DNA of 64,000 nt from contig NC_043010.1 of the NCBI RefSeq assembly GCF_006345805.1, positions 59,892,001 through 59,956,000 on the forward strand. The letters run 5' to 3'. The stretch is from Octopus sinensis. Taxonomy: Eukaryota. A program made the translations under genes and the position numbers. This document shows positions 63,600 to 64,000 of this stretch, one piece after another; the first letter of the stretch is position 1, and the number at the start of each line of letters is the position of its first letter. The notes beneath the pieces are model-generated. The model saw only the letters and a list, made by a program, of their open reading frames with translations, was not told the origin of the DNA and ran no database searches.

Positions 63600-64000
63600 G
63601 GCTTCTTTCAAATCTTCCTTGTTTCATTTTCAGTATTGCCCACTTTTCTATCCCAAATTCCATACCTACAACATTTGAGAAAATGTGGATTGTTCTTTAC
63701 AAGACTTCCAAGCTGTTTCTCATTTATATCATCCATGAAAAGGAAATGATTTATCTGACCATTTCCTTTTCCCAAATTGTAGGCTATTTTAACATTACAT
63801 AGTATCATAGTGAACAGTGTCATCAGCCAATCCCACCTTTTTTTCCAGTAACTTCTGTTGTGGCCCCATGGAATTGATGGTGTAGTCCCTTATATAATAC
63901 TTCTTCATGTCCTTTTTGCACATCTTCCTATGTTTTTTTTCGTTTTGCTCTGCTTTCAATACTCCCTCATTCCTAACTGACACCAGCAAGGTTCCCTTAC
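63600..64000 (-). mobile_element. R4/Dong-like LINE RT relic
   Basis: INHFLFMDD..EKQLGSLV...D.GME.G..K matches the NHLLFMDD motif region. Confidence 0.5.

Overview
AT-rich (roughly one-third GC by eye), repeat-dense animal genomic DNA with no prokaryotic features. The protocadherin type and the SINE/microsatellite landscape suggest an octopus or other coleoid cephalopod (inference, no database search run). The one clear host gene is a protocadherin. Its large coding exon (acceptor 56967, ATG 57009, phase-0 donor 59369/59370) encodes a signal peptide, six cadherin repeats, a TM helix and the start of the tail. A second, orphan protocadherin fragment (TM plus juxtamembrane only) lies at ~11279-11530. 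Only 436 bp upstream of the coding exon is a ~6.3 kb Penelope-like retroelement (RT plus C-terminal GIY-YIG, frameshifted). It sits in (TA)n and has a 372/377-bp direct pseudo-LTR, a near-perfect 1348-bp inverted repeat and three type I hammerhead ribozyme motifs with a palindromic stem III. At least four further decayed hammerhead-like motifs from other Penelope-like relics occur in the window. The rest is 21-bp and 43-bp minisatellites, mariner and maT-like transposase relics, CR1/L2-, RTE- and R4-like LINE relics, several tRNA-derived SINE families, small MITEs and many microsatellites. Boundaries of decayed repeats are approximate and were read by eye.
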